DNA of 64,000 nucleotides from Schizochytrium sp. TIO01 (Eukaryota; Protista; Bigyra: Labyrinthulomycetes), in NCBI GenBank assembly GCA_004764695.1, contig SMSO01000035.1, positions 1,550,001 through 1,614,000 of the forward strand. Direction: 5' to 3'. Positions 1-11,198 of this stretch are shown in pieces (positions within the stretch are counted from its first letter, which is position 1; each line of letters opens with the position of its first letter). The translations under genes were made by a program, and so were the position numbers. The notes under the pieces were generated by a model. It made no database searches. It had not been told where the DNA came from and was given only the letters and a program-made list of their open reading frames with translations.

Positions 1-266
1 ATATGCGAGAGCGCCAAGAACCAGTGAAATGACTGGCGGCCTACAGCGAGTTCCTCTCCATCCCAGCGAGTCCAATCGCCACCGCCATGCCTTCTATGCA
101 TGCATGCCAGGAGCATCGCAGTGTTTCGCTTTCCAAGCCCATACCTTTGCCTCATGATCCTGGACGCACATCAACAACTTCTCCGCTCGCGTGGCGCGAA
201 TGATCAATTACTCCATTCATTCATTTCTTCATTCTCTCATTCATTCTATATTGATTGCCCATTATG

Positions 267-318
267 TGTATGTATGTATGTATGTATGTATGTATGTATG
301 TATGTATGTATGTATGTA
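267..318. repeat. (TGTA)13 microsatellite
   Basis: Directly visible perfect tandem repeat. Confidence 0.95.
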
Positions 319-533
319 TTTATTTATTCATTTCTCTGTGCTTAGGAACCTGTGGATGAGTCTTCTTCTACAATAGTCCACTCACTCACTGAGCAAAGGG
401 TAGATAAACATGCCCAGGCGCTCCAGCCTGGGCCAGAGTAGCCCACGTTGTCGTCGCACGGAGCGAGGGGAGATTCGCCAGGTCTTCATTTCTTCGATCT
501 CTGGCGCTGTTCTTTGTGTCAAAAGCCGTCATT

Positions 534-597
534 ATTCATTCATTCATTCATTCATTCATTCATTCATTCATTCATTCATTCATTCATTCATTCATTC
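534..597. repeat. (ATTC)16 microsatellite
   Basis: Directly visible. Confidence 0.95.
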
Positions 598-1117
598 GTG
601 ACAAAACATAAACATGTTTATGGCCACCACTTCTAGCCGCATGCCTATGTGGGGGGCTAGTTGGCTGTGGTGCCTAGACTAAGTATGGCCTTAAAAGTGG
701 CCTAAGTGGGCGTTTGGGCCCTTTCCGCTCGGTTGGCTCTGGGCCCTCTTGCAGCGCAGACTCCGATTGGCGTCGCGGCGGAGCGCTCTCTCCTTCCGGC
801 CGTGTCTAATCTTGTGCTGGCCGGCATCACGCCTGCCGCCAGCTCCCTAGCTCGAACGCGAGTCCGGCATCGCGGTCCTCCCGCGTCCCGGGCGTTTCGG
901 CGCGTCGCGTTCCCTCGCGCCGCAGAACTAGTTTGTTTGGTTGGATTCCCGCCCCAGCGGATCCTTCCGTACGTTCACTCGTACCTTGGGCTTGTTTCCT
1001 GGCGCGCACGCCAAGGAAGCGGAGTCGTAGGGCCTCCTCGGTCGCAGGGACCCAAAGGAGGTAGAGAGCCTAGCGTGGAGAGCGAGGCAAGGACTCTCAG
1101 CTGGCTAAGCTCAGAGA

Positions 1118-1245
1118 CCCAAACTCAAACCAAAACCAAACCAAACCTTCGAATTCAATCATCCAAATTCATACTTCAAACCTGAATTCCAAACTTGGGT
1201 CAATCCCAACTCACGCCTAAATCAAACCAAACTCAAACCAAATCG
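1118..1245. repeat. Degenerate CAAAC/AAACTC/AAATTC repeat upstream of UTP10
   Basis: cccaaactcaaaccaaaaccaaaccaaacc...aaatcaaaccaaactcaaaccaaatc; possibly inside a 5'UTR intron. Confidence 0.6.
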
Positions 1246-1328
1246 TTTCAAACGTGGCCTTCTAAGCCGCTCTTTTCCTTGGTAGACAGACGTCATCGGT
1301 ATTTCCTGTTAGTGCTTCTTCAACTACC

Positions 1329-4300
1329 ATGTCGTCAAGCCTTCAGAGACAGCTCGCTGCCGCTCGCGGCTCAGGTAACGTCGGTAGCCGTCCCTCTGCT
1401 GGCACCCGCGTTTCTATTCTCTTTGAGCGTCATGAAGCCGCTGATTACGACCGCCAGACAATTCTGGCGCTGGGTTTGAGTGGTCTGGACGCTCTCATTG
1501 CCCGTGGCGCCTCGGAACTGGCAGCATTTCGCGACGGTGTTTTTGGCAAGGCTGTTTCCGAGTCAGACCGCGAGATGCTCGCTCCGGAGGTGGAACAGGA
1601 GCTTACCACAGCGCTAGACAAGTTGTTGGCAGCATTGTGCAAGTACGCCCTGGATAAGGATGCTCACAAAGTACTCGAGTACCTTGTGCGACAGTTCCAT
1701 GTGCACGAGCAGAATGCGGACGCCCTCGTGCGGTGTGTGCTGCCGTTCCATGATACAGATATCTTTGTGCGTGTGGTCGCGCTGCCAGTAGCTGTGGACA
1801 AGACGCGATGGGCCTTTCTGAAGCAGGTTGCAAAGTCCAAGGAGCCCCTCGCTCGCAACCAGCTCGTTAAGGTCTGTGTTGCTGAGCCTGCCGTGCTCGG
1901 GGCCATCGCGGACATGGCTGTGCATCAGTCTGAAAACGAACGCGTGGTAAGCTTCTTCACGGTTCTGGCATGCCAGGCGCTGCGCAGGGCACGGCAGCGA
2001 GGCGAAGAGGATAAGCTTGTGAACGTACTCATGGGACCGACTGTGGACGCACTGCGAGCGAGGCGAGGACCGGAACACCTCCAGCGCGCAGGTTACGTAG
2101 TAGCAGCTAACCTCGCTCGGTACGCTGCGCTTTCTGATAAAGTCGCAAAATTGATCTTGCTGTCGACGGTGCGTAAGGCACGGCCAGAGATGCTCTCCGA
2201 GGCACTCAGATGCTGCGCAGTAGTTCTCCAGAACCAGGAGGACCTTGTTCTGCCGGAGTCCTCCGTCTCGCGCTTAGCCACACACTTCAACGCAAAGGAA
2301 CTCAGCGCAGCGCTCACAGCCGCCTTTGGAGAGACGCCGCAGCCTGGGTCCGCAAACGAGGACTTCGTGGTCCAATTGTACGCTCAACTCGCCGCATCTA
2401 CAGAGGCATTGCCGAGGCTCGTTGCTTGCCTCCAAGAGTGCATGCCTGTTGAGGTGCAGGGCGTATTCCGCGCCCTTGCAGAAAACCAGGCATCGGATAA
2501 CGCAGACGCTCTTGCCGCCGGGCGCCTCATTGCCACACAGCGCGGAGACCAGGTCGATAAGCTTCTTGAGGGCATTGACGATGGCGTGCTCCTCAACTTC
2601 GCCTCGGCATGCTTCGCAGGCGATGCATCACTTGCAGCCCATCAAGTAGTTAATGGAGTCACACTTAGAGCGGCTCTTCATCACCATAAGGCTAGCGTGC
2701 GCCGTCATGCGCTTGTACAACTCCTTGAGGGTGAACTCACTCGCGACACTGTCCCCGTGCGTGTACTCATGGACCGCGTCATGGACGACAATCTTGCAGT
2801 AGCCGTCGCGGCAGTCGAGCTCGCCGCCAAACTTTTTGCCTTGCCATCTAATAGCCAGGAAGGCAGCAACAAGAACCTCGAGTGCTTCGTTGCAGATGCT
2901 GCACTTACAGCCTGCGCTCGTCATGGATCTGACAAGGCCTTCGCAGCAGTATTTTGCTCATGGGCACCTGTTATCACCCCGCTCGCAAACAATGCTGACT
3001 TTCTTAACATCGCCAGTGGTCTTCTCACGCTCACCCAGGGTGCGTCTCAGAAGACGGTCTTTGGCGCCCTCCTCGGATTCGCACAGGCAAACAAACACAT
3101 TAGCCTTGCTGCAGGTATCTCTGGCAAGTCGTTGGCATCCTCCTCAGAGGCTTTCGTGACCAAGATGGGATCTTGGCTCCTCAGCGAAAATTTGGCTGCT
3201 GAGAACCCGCAGATTGCTGCCGCCAGCTGCCTTGCGCTTGCTGACGCTGTTGCTGACTCCAAGGATGCATCTGTGGTTGAGATGGCTGCTTTTCTCGCGA
3301 CCGCCCCACAAGTCGACGTGGAGGCTGCAGCAGCCGTTCTTGAGCGTATTGCTTCTAACAAGGCACTCACCAGCGGCTCCCCCAAAGACGCAGTGCACTC
3401 TGGAGCGGAGGAAGTCCCACCTGCGCTCAAGGTACTCTGCCGACTCCTTGCTGCACCTGAGACGATCTACCAGGATGCATGTGCCAAGTCCGTTCAAGGA
3501 CTACTTACCATGTGCTTCCAGGATGTTCTGCTGCAAACTCTTCTTGTTATTAGCGCCGGAGCTATCCAGGAAACGATTGCCCCTTCCATCGCTCAGCGCC
3601 GTGCCATTGTTCTCGCTACAGCCTTCATTCGCGCTATGCGCGATCCCGAAGGCACCGATGGTCTTGGGTTCGCTGAAGTCACCCCGTACTTGATTCAGCC
3701 CCTTTGCCACCGTGGTGACTCTAGTCTGCGTAGCGCTGCAGTTGACTGTGCCCGTGCCATCTTCGAGTCCGTAAACTTTGATCAAGAATACCTCGGCAGC
3801 AAGGGTTCTGAAGCACTCCCAAAGACCAGCAAGTCGTGCACTCGCAAGCTTACTGCTTCCAAGGCTTTTACGACCATCCTAAGCAAGATCGTCGAAGCCG
3901 AGAAGGAGTTCATTGTCGACGCCGATACCTTTGAGCGCTGCCTGCGCGGTCTCCATGAACAAGAGGCCCTACTCGCGCTCCTCGAGCGTGCTGCATGCAT
4001 GGTGTGCGCATCTGCCCCCAGTGATGATGCTGCTCTGACAGAGAAAGGAGTATCTATCGCTCGTTGTGTAGAGAACATGCTCCGCCCGCTTGGCAAGGTT
4101 CCTGACCTTAGCGCTGTGCTCAGCTCCCACGAGGCAGCCATGCTCGCCCGTGAGGCCCTCGATCATGGAATGATGCAGGTACTCTCCATCCTCACTCATC
4201 GCTGGACAAACAAGAAGTGTGATTTGGACCGCGAGCACATTCAGGTTATTCTTCAAGGTCTTCGCATCAAATCTGCTCGTGCAACTGTGCTTCATGCTCT

Positions 4301-7300
4301 CAGTGCCCAGCATGTCTTTGCTTTGCTTACGGCTGCTGAGAAGAACGACGCTTTTGATGCTCTTTGCTCTCTCGTAGCCGAGGAAGGCTCTGGAAGTACT
4401 TTGAGCCACGAGGCCATCTCTGCAATGGGTCGTGTTCCTTTTGATGGCAAGATGCTCCAGAAGAAGCTTCTTACCGATCCTAACCGTGTTGTTTTGGAGG
4501 CCACTCGCGCTCGTCTTTACGGTGCTCGCTCTGGGGCCCACAGCACTTCTGACCGTGTCGAACTTGCAGTTGACCTTTTGCCTGCTCTTTTTGAAGTCCT
4601 TCGCAAGTTTGATGACCTCCTCGTGCTTTCATGCCTTAACTGTGCTATGCAAATTCTTGAGAGTGCTCCCTCCAAGGATGCTGACCAGGCTTTGATGGCT
4701 GTCGATCTCGACCTTGTTGTGTCGTGCGTGCTCAACGCTGGAACCACTGCTGCCCGCAACACTGGCCTTGAGCTTCTTGCGACGTGTACGAAGGCCTTCC
4801 CTCAACAAACAATTCCTGTTGTCCTCCCTATTGTCAAGCAGGTCAGCAACCAAGCTGGCGAGCCTCAAGCTGAGGGGGTCTATCACATGGTTATCCTTGA
4901 GCAGGTCACTCGCTGCCTGTCCTCGTCCCGTGCTGACTTTTCTGACGCTGCAGTCATGGATCTTCTTAAGGAATTCGTAAACGCAACCTCGCGTTCAAGT
5001 GACTCTTCCCGTCTTTTGCATCTGCACGAACTTCTTGTGCAGAGCTGCGGCCGCAACAACCACACTCTTTGGGCTGTTGTTGTTCTTCTTCTCGGAAATG
5101 CAAGTGCTGAAGACGATGATGATGATCGCAACAACATGGAACACCAGGTTGACTTTGCTGGACAGTTGCTTGCTCGTTTCTCTGTGCAGGACCAGATTAG
5201 TGCTGTGATGGAGATGATCAAGGTTCTTCACCGCTTCTTGCCTACTGCTGTTGCTGATGTTGAAGGTGATGACATCATGGAAGATGACGAAGATGAGACA
5301 AAGGAAGACTCCAGTGCAAACCCCGGCAAGAGCTCTGCGGGCCACTCTGCTTTGATTGCTGCCCTTGGCTTCGATGGCGCAGTTGATGTGGCGCGTGGTG
5401 TGGCAATCGTCAACGCCATCTGCGAGCTTATTTCTGAACATCTTTCAAGCAAGTCCTTCATGCGCATGCTTCGGTCACTTTCTCAGATGCAGGTGGAGGC
5501 CTCTGGTCTTCATGGCACTTCTGGATTTCTCGGCCTTCTAAATGCTCTCCATGGCCAGATTCACCGTGCGGGTCGTCTTCTTGCTTCAGAGGAAGAAGGC
5601 ATCGCTGTCTGGTCCTCTGCTCGTGAACAGCTCTGCCTCATTCTTGATAAAATTAGCGCATTGCTTTCTGTACCCATGTTTGTTGCCGTTGTTCAAGAGC
5701 TTTTGCGCGACAATGATCCTCATGTACGTCAGTTGGCCATTCGCCAGCTTGCCGCTAAGGTGGAGCAACAGCACGAACGCTGGCGCCCAGAGGAGGTTCT
5801 GATGTTCCTTGAAATGGTAACTCAGCTTCATGAGATTGTGCGCGACAAGTCCGAGTCTGATGTGAACAAGCAGGTAGCCTTGCTGGCAGTGGATGTTTTG
5901 GCAAAGCACCTTGGAGCCCGTCACGCCAAGCCTTTTGTCGAGGTTCTCGACAGCGTTGTAAAGGAGTTTCGTCGTACCAGTGCTGCCATTAACCGTGAAG
6001 GTGTCACCATTGCTCATGTGCAGCTAACCAGCAGTGCTTGCTTGTGTGTTGGTACTCTTATTACCGTACTCGGTGAGCGTGTTCTCAAGGCTCTCCCCAG
6101 CTTTGGTAAGAGTCTCTTTATCTGTTTTACCCAATCATTGAATCTCGACGAAAATGACAAAGAGGATCGTCAGCTCCGCGATGCTCGCGCATTGCTCGGC
6201 CAGAGTGCCGCGACTAGCATCCATGCTCTGGTCAGCGCTCTTCCTCAATTTCTCTCTCCTTATGTGATTGATGTTCTTACTGTGGCAAGCCGTGGCAACC
6301 AGCCTAGTGCCCCACAGCTTGTGCGTCTCACTTCAGCTCGTATTGCAGATAAGATTGCACGTAAGATGGAGCCTCGCCTTATCTTGGGCCCTCTTACAGA
6401 CTTGTACGCCAAATTCCTTGAGGAGCACGAAATCACGGCTGCCCGTAACTTGGTGACTCTCGTGCGTTCATTCTTGGAAGTCATGTCTCGCGAGACCCTT
6501 GTTCAAGAAAATGCTCGTCTTACCGCCTTTTTCGTTCAAACTTTGGACTCCCGCCGCTGTGTGGCCGCAGGCTGCTCAGAGCTCACCTTGGAGGGGCTCG
6601 GTTCTGTCGCTGCAGGCTTGCAGACGCTCGAGGAAGTTGTCACCGAGGCCTTTATGCAATATGTTTTGGTGCTCAGTGGCTCTCAAATGAAGCAGCTCTT
6701 TGGTGCTCTGCGTGAGCGCGTGCAGAACAAGAACTCTGGTGTTGCCAAGGGCTCCCTGTTCGACAACCTTGAGGATACTGCAGGTGCCGAGGATGACGAA
6801 CCTGAAGTCGGATCAAAGCGGAAGATGTCATCTCGTGCTGCGGCCAAATCAAAGACTTCTCCCAAGGACGATGAGGAGAACTCGAGCAGCGACGATGATG
6901 ACTCTGAAAGTGAGAGCGAGGTTGAGGGAGAGGATGATGCCGATATGGCCTCTGTCGACCCTGCCGCTGACTGGCAGCGTCAGTGCGCCGCTGCTACCTT
7001 TTATTTGATGGCTGATGAGCTTGGCAAGAAACTTTTGGGCTTGGCTGTGCCTTTCATTACTGAGTTGCTCGATAGCTTGAAGTCTGACCTTGAGATGGTT
7101 TGCGATGACACTGCTGCTTCATCCAGTAAGCGCACGAAACGGAACGCTAAGCGCGAGGACTGGACCATGGTCTGGCGCTTCCAGCAGCGTGTGGTGCGTG
7201 AACGCGCCCTCGCCGTGGTTGGTACCTTCTGCGAGCACCGTGTTGCAAATGCCGTTGTTGGTGATAACGCGGAGAGTATGAACCGTGAATTTATTGAGCT

Positions 7301-7880
7301 ACTGGATGCGGTTCTTTCACCTTTGGATATGGATATTGTTGCACTCAACATCGCTGACTCTGATGGCGCATCATCTGAGGGTGGTGATGAGAACGACGAG
7401 AGTGAAGAAGAGGAGGAAGAGAAGGATGCCGAGTCTAATGACGAAGACGAGGATGATGAAATGGAGGAGGATGAAGATGAGGAAGCTTCTTCCGAGGAGG
7501 AAGACGCCGAGGAGGAGGACAGCGATGTGCTTAAATCCGACGAGGCCTACTACGAACACTTCGTGCATACACATGTGATTCCCTGCATTGTTAAATTGAC
7601 CAAGTCAGTCATGGATGATACCCTGTGGCAATCCGTACAGCGTGGCGTGCTTGAATACGCTCGCCATGCTGCTGCTTCAGTCCGTGTGGCCTGTTTGCAC
7701 GCGATTGTAGCATTGTTTGAGGATGTGGGTGATTCATTTATTGTGCTCTTGGCTGACACTCTGCCTACTGTGGCTGAGTTGTTGGAGGACAGAGACGATC
7801 GTGTAAAGCGCGAGGCACACCGTGCCGCTAAGAAATTGCAACAGCTTTCTGGGGAAGACCTTAGTTCGTTTTTGCAGTAA
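1329..7880 (+). CDS. UTP10: U3 snoRNA-associated protein 10 / HEAT repeat-containing protein 1
   Basis: 2183-aa single-exon ORF. N-terminus MSSSLQRQL...SILFERHEAADYDRQTILALGLSGL and AHKVLEYLVRQFHVHEQNADAL..LPFHDT match the UTP10 N-domain. C-terminus IVLLADTLPTVAELLEDRDDRVK...LSGEDLSSFL matches the UTP10/BP28 C-terminus. Confidence 0.95.
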   Translation: MSSSLQRQLAAARGSGNVGSRPSAGTRVSILFERHEAADYDRQTILALGLSGLDALIARGASELAAFRDGVFGKAVSESDREMLAPEVEQELTTALDKLLAALCKYALDKDAHKVLEYLVRQFHVHEQNADALVRCVLPFHDTDIFVRVVALPVAVDKTRWAFLKQVAKSKEPLARNQLVKVCVAEPAVLGAIADMAVHQSENERVVSFFTVLACQALRRARQRGEEDKLVNVLMGPTVDALRARRGPEHLQRAGYVVAANLARYAALSDKVAKLILLSTVRKARPEMLSEALRCCAVVLQNQEDLVLPESSVSRLATHFNAKELSAALTAAFGETPQPGSANEDFVVQLYAQLAASTEALPRLVACLQECMPVEVQGVFRALAENQASDNADALAAGRLIATQRGDQVDKLLEGIDDGVLLNFASACFAGDASLAAHQVVNGVTLRAALHHHKASVRRHALVQLLEGELTRDTVPVRVLMDRVMDDNLAVAVAAVELAAKLFALPSNSQEGSNKNLECFVADAALTACARHGSDKAFAAVFCSWAPVITPLANNADFLNIASGLLTLTQGASQKTVFGALLGFAQANKHISLAAGISGKSLASSSEAFVTKMGSWLLSENLAAENPQIAAASCLALADAVADSKDASVVEMAAFLATAPQVDVEAAAAVLERIASNKALTSGSPKDAVHSGAEEVPPALKVLCRLLAAPETIYQDACAKSVQGLLTMCFQDVLLQTLLVISAGAIQETIAPSIAQRRAIVLATAFIRAMRDPEGTDGLGFAEVTPYLIQPLCHRGDSSLRSAAVDCARAIFESVNFDQEYLGSKGSEALPKTSKSCTRKLTASKAFTTILSKIVEAEKEFIVDADTFERCLRGLHEQEALLALLERAACMVCASAPSDDAALTEKGVSIARCVENMLRPLGKVPDLSAVLSSHEAAMLAREALDHGMMQVLSILTHRWTNKKCDLDREHIQVILQGLRIKSARATVLHALSAQHVFALLTAAEKNDAFDALCSLVAEEGSGSTLSHEAISAMGRVPFDGKMLQKKLLTDPNRVVLEATRARLYGARSGAHSTSDRVELAVDLLPALFEVLRKFDDLLVLSCLNCAMQILESAPSKDADQALMAVDLDLVVSCVLNAGTTAARNTGLELLATCTKAFPQQTIPVVLPIVKQVSNQAGEPQAEGVYHMVILEQVTRCLSSSRADFSDAAVMDLLKEFVNATSRSSDSSRLLHLHELLVQSCGRNNHTLWAVVVLLLGNASAEDDDDDRNNMEHQVDFAGQLLARFSVQDQISAVMEMIKVLHRFLPTAVADVEGDDIMEDDEDETKEDSSANPGKSSAGHSALIAALGFDGAVDVARGVAIVNAICELISEHLSSKSFMRMLRSLSQMQVEASGLHGTSGFLGLLNALHGQIHRAGRLLASEEEGIAVWSSAREQLCLILDKISALLSVPMFVAVVQELLRDNDPHVRQLAIRQLAAKVEQQHERWRPEEVLMFLEMVTQLHEIVRDKSESDVNKQVALLAVDVLAKHLGARHAKPFVEVLDSVVKEFRRTSAAINREGVTIAHVQLTSSACLCVGTLITVLGERVLKALPSFGKSLFICFTQSLNLDENDKEDRQLRDARALLGQSAATSIHALVSALPQFLSPYVIDVLTVASRGNQPSAPQLVRLTSARIADKIARKMEPRLILGPLTDLYAKFLEEHEITAARNLVTLVRSFLEVMSRETLVQENARLTAFFVQTLDSRRCVAAGCSELTLEGLGSVAAGLQTLEEVVTEAFMQYVLVLSGSQMKQLFGALRERVQNKNSGVAKGSLFDNLEDTAGAEDDEPEVGSKRKMSSRAAAKSKTSPKDDEENSSSDDDDSESESEVEGEDDADMASVDPAADWQRQCAAATFYLMADELGKKLLGLAVPFITELLDSLKSDLEMVCDDTAASSSKRTKRNAKREDWTMVWRFQQRVVRERALAVVGTFCEHRVANAVVGDNAESMNREFIELLDAVLSPLDMDIVALNIADSDGASSEGGDENDESEEEEEEKDAESNDEDEDDEMEEDEDEEASSEEEDAEEEDSDVLKSDEAYYEHFVHTHVIPCIVKLTKSVMDDTLWQSVQRGVLEYARHAAASVRVACLHAIVALFEDVGDSFIVLLADTLPTVAELLEDRDDRVKREAHRAAKKLQQLSGEDLSSFLQ

Positions 7881-8518
7881 ATTGTGGCCTGACAGAGAAT
7901 AGTATTAGAAACCTTAAGATTTGTTAAAATTGGACCTACTTTTATACAGTTTTTAGATTTGATTTTCTATGCTTGTCCAAAGCGTTACTCTTCAATGTAT
8001 ATTGTATTTGAATGCTTAGCGAATGAGACTCCCTGGTCAAACCTAGTCTTCCATTTGGGGTGAGTTGTTGTCGTTTTACTAACTAAACATCTATTCCCAG
8101 GACGGGGCGACGACATTTATTTTATACGAGCAAACGTTTGTTCAATGCCAAATGACATCGGTCATCATGCCTGGAAAGGCGGCTGGAATTTTTGAATTTT
8201 CGGTCTTTGGTTTATTCGTTTCTCTCGATACGGACATCGTAGAGACGTTCTTTATGTTGGTCTCGGTACACCACATATATGAAATTAACGACCAAGATAA
8301 GTAATTTTACCTGAAGGCTTGAAAACGGAAATTATATGGAATTTTTATTAGTTTCTTCATAAAAAAAAGATTGACATAGTAGGAATAAGTGCCAGCCCCG
8401 TAGCAGCAATTTCGAAAACGGATAGTGATGAATGTGCCTGGATGGACACTCGCATTAATGAAGATGCCCTTCAGGGACCACAGATGAGGAGCAGCGGTAG
8501 AGACGAATTGTATTTTGT

Positions 8519-9538
8519 TTAATGAAACATGCGCACGTACACGTGGTTGAGTTGCTCAAGGATGACAAACACAAGAACTGTTTGCGGGGCGAGACGGAGA
8601 TAAGCCGGAGTAAAACCCTTCCAGAGACTGAGAACGCCCTCATGACGAGCAGCCTGCATCATGCAGTCGGCCATGCCGTTGAACTCACCAGCAGCGGCGT
8701 TTTGCACACGGGTCTTCGCCACATCAAAAGGCAAGGAGGCAGCCGTGGCAACAAAACCACTAATCATTGAGGAGGCCAAATGGCACCAGATGTTGTCGTC
8801 AAAATAGACAGTCTTAAGAAGCTCCTCCTTTGCCTGCGAGTAGGTTGTGAGCTGAGCCATATTAAGGATGATGCACCGGGAGATGGTGGGGCCTGCGCCA
8901 ATCCACAAAGAAGTAAAGCCTTCTTTGCTAATGATCTGCTTGACGGCGTCACCCACACCCTTGTAGTTACGACGTTGGGCTTCCGGGAGTGAAGAATCAG
9001 CAGCCATACGCACCAGCGAAAGATCAAATGGGTTACCCACAAAGGCACCAACACCACCAGCGAGCATACTGAAGGCAAGCTTTTCAAACAAAGGCGGCGG
9101 GGTGCCATCCTCGCGCGTAAATGCCTCGATCAGCGAAGAGTAGATGCCGAGACGGGTGGTGCCGTAGCTCACCTGGCGCATCATGGACGCGGTGAGACCC
9201 TGATACAATCCGGAGGGACCAGAACGTGCCAAGATCTCGTTAGCAGCGCCCATTGTAGTGACAGGGCCCTTGGTGCCACCACGTCCTGCGAGCTGCAAGT
9301 GGTACTTGACAACGTCGATGGGGTGCGTGAAGAAGGTCGCCGTCACAGCACTCACAGTGCCAAAGGCGAAGCGAACCGGGGTCGGGATCTTGAGCTTTTC
9401 CTGGGGGTGTGCGGGGGATGGTGCAATCGCAGCAGGCTTCTGTGCAGAGAAAGCACGAACCGAAGGCATAGCGAAAGGGCTTGAGGAAACACGCTGCTGG
9501 TGCATCATAGCCTCCACGGCTCCACCTTGCTGAGTCAT
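8519..9538 (-). CDS. Mitochondrial carrier (SLC25), 2-oxoglutarate/malate or dicarboxylate carrier-like
   Basis: Three carrier signature repeats (HPIDVVKYHLQ, NPFDLSLVRM, LPFDVAKTRVQ). RQVSYGTTRLGIY, ADSSLPEAQRRNY and SLWKGFTPAYLRLAP are close to OGC/SLC25A11. First ATG is at 9538; the track start at 9598 is non-ATG. Confidence 0.92.
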   Translation of the reverse strand: MTQQGGAVEAMMHQQRVSSSPFAMPSVRAFSAQKPAAIAPSPAHPQEKLKIPTPVRFAFGTVSAVTATFFTHPIDVVKYHLQLAGRGGTKGPVTTMGAANEILARSGPSGLYQGLTASMMRQVSYGTTRLGIYSSLIEAFTREDGTPPPLFEKLAFSMLAGGVGAFVGNPFDLSLVRMAADSSLPEAQRRNYKGVGDAVKQIISKEGFTSLWIGAGPTISRCIILNMAQLTTYSQAKEELLKTVYFDDNIWCHLASSMISGFVATAASLPFDVAKTRVQNAAAGEFNGMADCMMQAARHEGVLSLWKGFTPAYLRLAPQTVLVFVILEQLNHVYVRMFH

Positions 9539-9551
9539 TTTACTACTGTGT

Positions 9552-9847
9552 CTGTTGATAAAAATATTTGACTTCTGCTTGTAGTTTTGGATTCTCAAAG
9601 ACTGTTAGTTCTCTCGTCCAGCTCAAGCTCAAGCCAGTTTTTCTCAAAAGCTGGTTTGCTTTTTGTAGACTGATATTTATCGGCTAGAGGCAGAGTGCAG
9701 GAGCTCGGGCCAATTGCGAGATAGCCACAGAGGGTGAGGGGAGCGCTCGCCGTGGCGCCGCACGTGTGTAGATCCCGCGAATTAGGGTCTGCGAAAGTGG
9801 TCTGGTCGTTGCTCGTTGCTTGCTCGCCTGCTTGCCTGCTCGCTTAC
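9552..9847 (-). other. Probable 5'UTR intron of the carrier gene
   Basis: On the minus strand: CAG|GTAAGC donor at 9847, ACTAAC branch site at 9609-9604, candidate acceptors CAG ending at 9575 or 9552. The exact 3' end is uncertain. Confidence 0.5.
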
Positions 9848-10832
9848 CTGCTTGTTTGCCTGACCGCCTCTGTCAGTCTGCAATAGTTATGGATCTATCT
9901 ACTACCACCTATGGAAGAATGTCATGGGAACGAAGCGCGCGACTAAGCTCTCATAATGAATGGGTAAAAGAATATAGACTACCTATATGTATGTAAACGA
10001 CTGTAAATGAAGGGATGACAATTCACTTCCATTTCTTTTATTTCATGCCTCTCTTTACTTATTAAAACTAAAAAACTTGTTTTTAAAAGATGATTAAAAA
10101 TGTGGTGGTGGTGCGCAGGTGTTCGCTCTAAGGCCCTTGCTACTCCTTTTGATAGAAGTTCACAAAGCTGCGCTCGACGATCCATATTGTTTACCAACAT
10201 CAGTTTCTATATGTGGTACAGTGTTTTGTATAAATATGTAAGTTTCTTTTATCGCACTTTGAGGCGTCAACTGGTTATAGAATGTTAGCTCACTACTGTT
10301 GCCCAGCTCAGCCGCCTGTGCTGACTTGACTGGCTTGTCGGTGCTTCAACCTAAGGGGATCGACCAAAAGTCGAGATGACTGGTAGAATAAACAAACAAA
10401 CAAGCAAACAAAGCAAAACATACGTTTACATACCATGGTACAAACAAATAATTTATTTTAACATACTTCTCTCATCTATCGATTTTGTTAATTAATTAAT
10501 TAATTTTTAATTAATTAAAAAAAAAACAAAAATATATGAAAAATATTTATAAGCACGAAGAAAGGAAGAAGAAAGAGCAGGTGAGAGGAAAAAGGCCATC
10601 GTCATCATCATCATCATTATCATCGATCTCTCATTTCCCTCTTTCCAAGGCTTGCTTAAGTCGAAATAAGTGGGTGTAGCTTTGGGTACCTCATCTGCAG
10701 TTGTCTACAATTAGAATACGATGGTTTAGCCGTCTATAAGTTTAGTAATCTATCTATGTGTCGATGTGTCTATCTACAATCACGAATCAGTGACGAGGAA
10801 GGATCGTGCTCGCGAGACGAATCGCGGTACCT

Positions 10833-10900
10833 TAGTAGTAGTCGTCGTAGTATTATTGTTATTATTATTATTATTATTACTATTACTGTTATTATTAATA
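10833..10900. repeat. (GTA/GTC/TTA)n imperfect trinucleotide repeat
   Basis: Directly visible. Confidence 0.85.
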
Positions 10901-11075
10901 GTACTAACAGCACTAAGGCTTGATTACTTTAGAAAAGGTCCATGCCTAGGAACGAAACTGTGTTTTGATGCCAATAGCTTCTACCTATCCTCAACGCCAA
11001 CATCTTTAATGAACCATTCCTTCGCATGCGATAGCCAGACTTGCTGTCATCTCTGTTGGCGATGTCATTCTTGTG

Positions 11076-11080
<5 letters not shown>

Positions 11081-11143
<63 letters not shown>

Positions 11144-11198
11144 TAATCAATGAATTAATCACTCACTCACTCATTCATTCATTCATTCATTCATTCAT
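11081..11198. repeat. Compound microsatellite: (AATC)15 then (ACTC)n and (ATTC)n
   Basis: Directly visible. Confidence 0.95.

Noticed and set aside
100-636. Short ORFs with MYVC and FIHS repeats
   Set aside because: They are translations of the (TGTA)n and (ATTC)n microsatellites.
706-1185. 159-aa ORF upstream of UTP10
   Set aside because: Non-ATG start, located in a GC-rich promoter/UTR block, no protein-like motifs.
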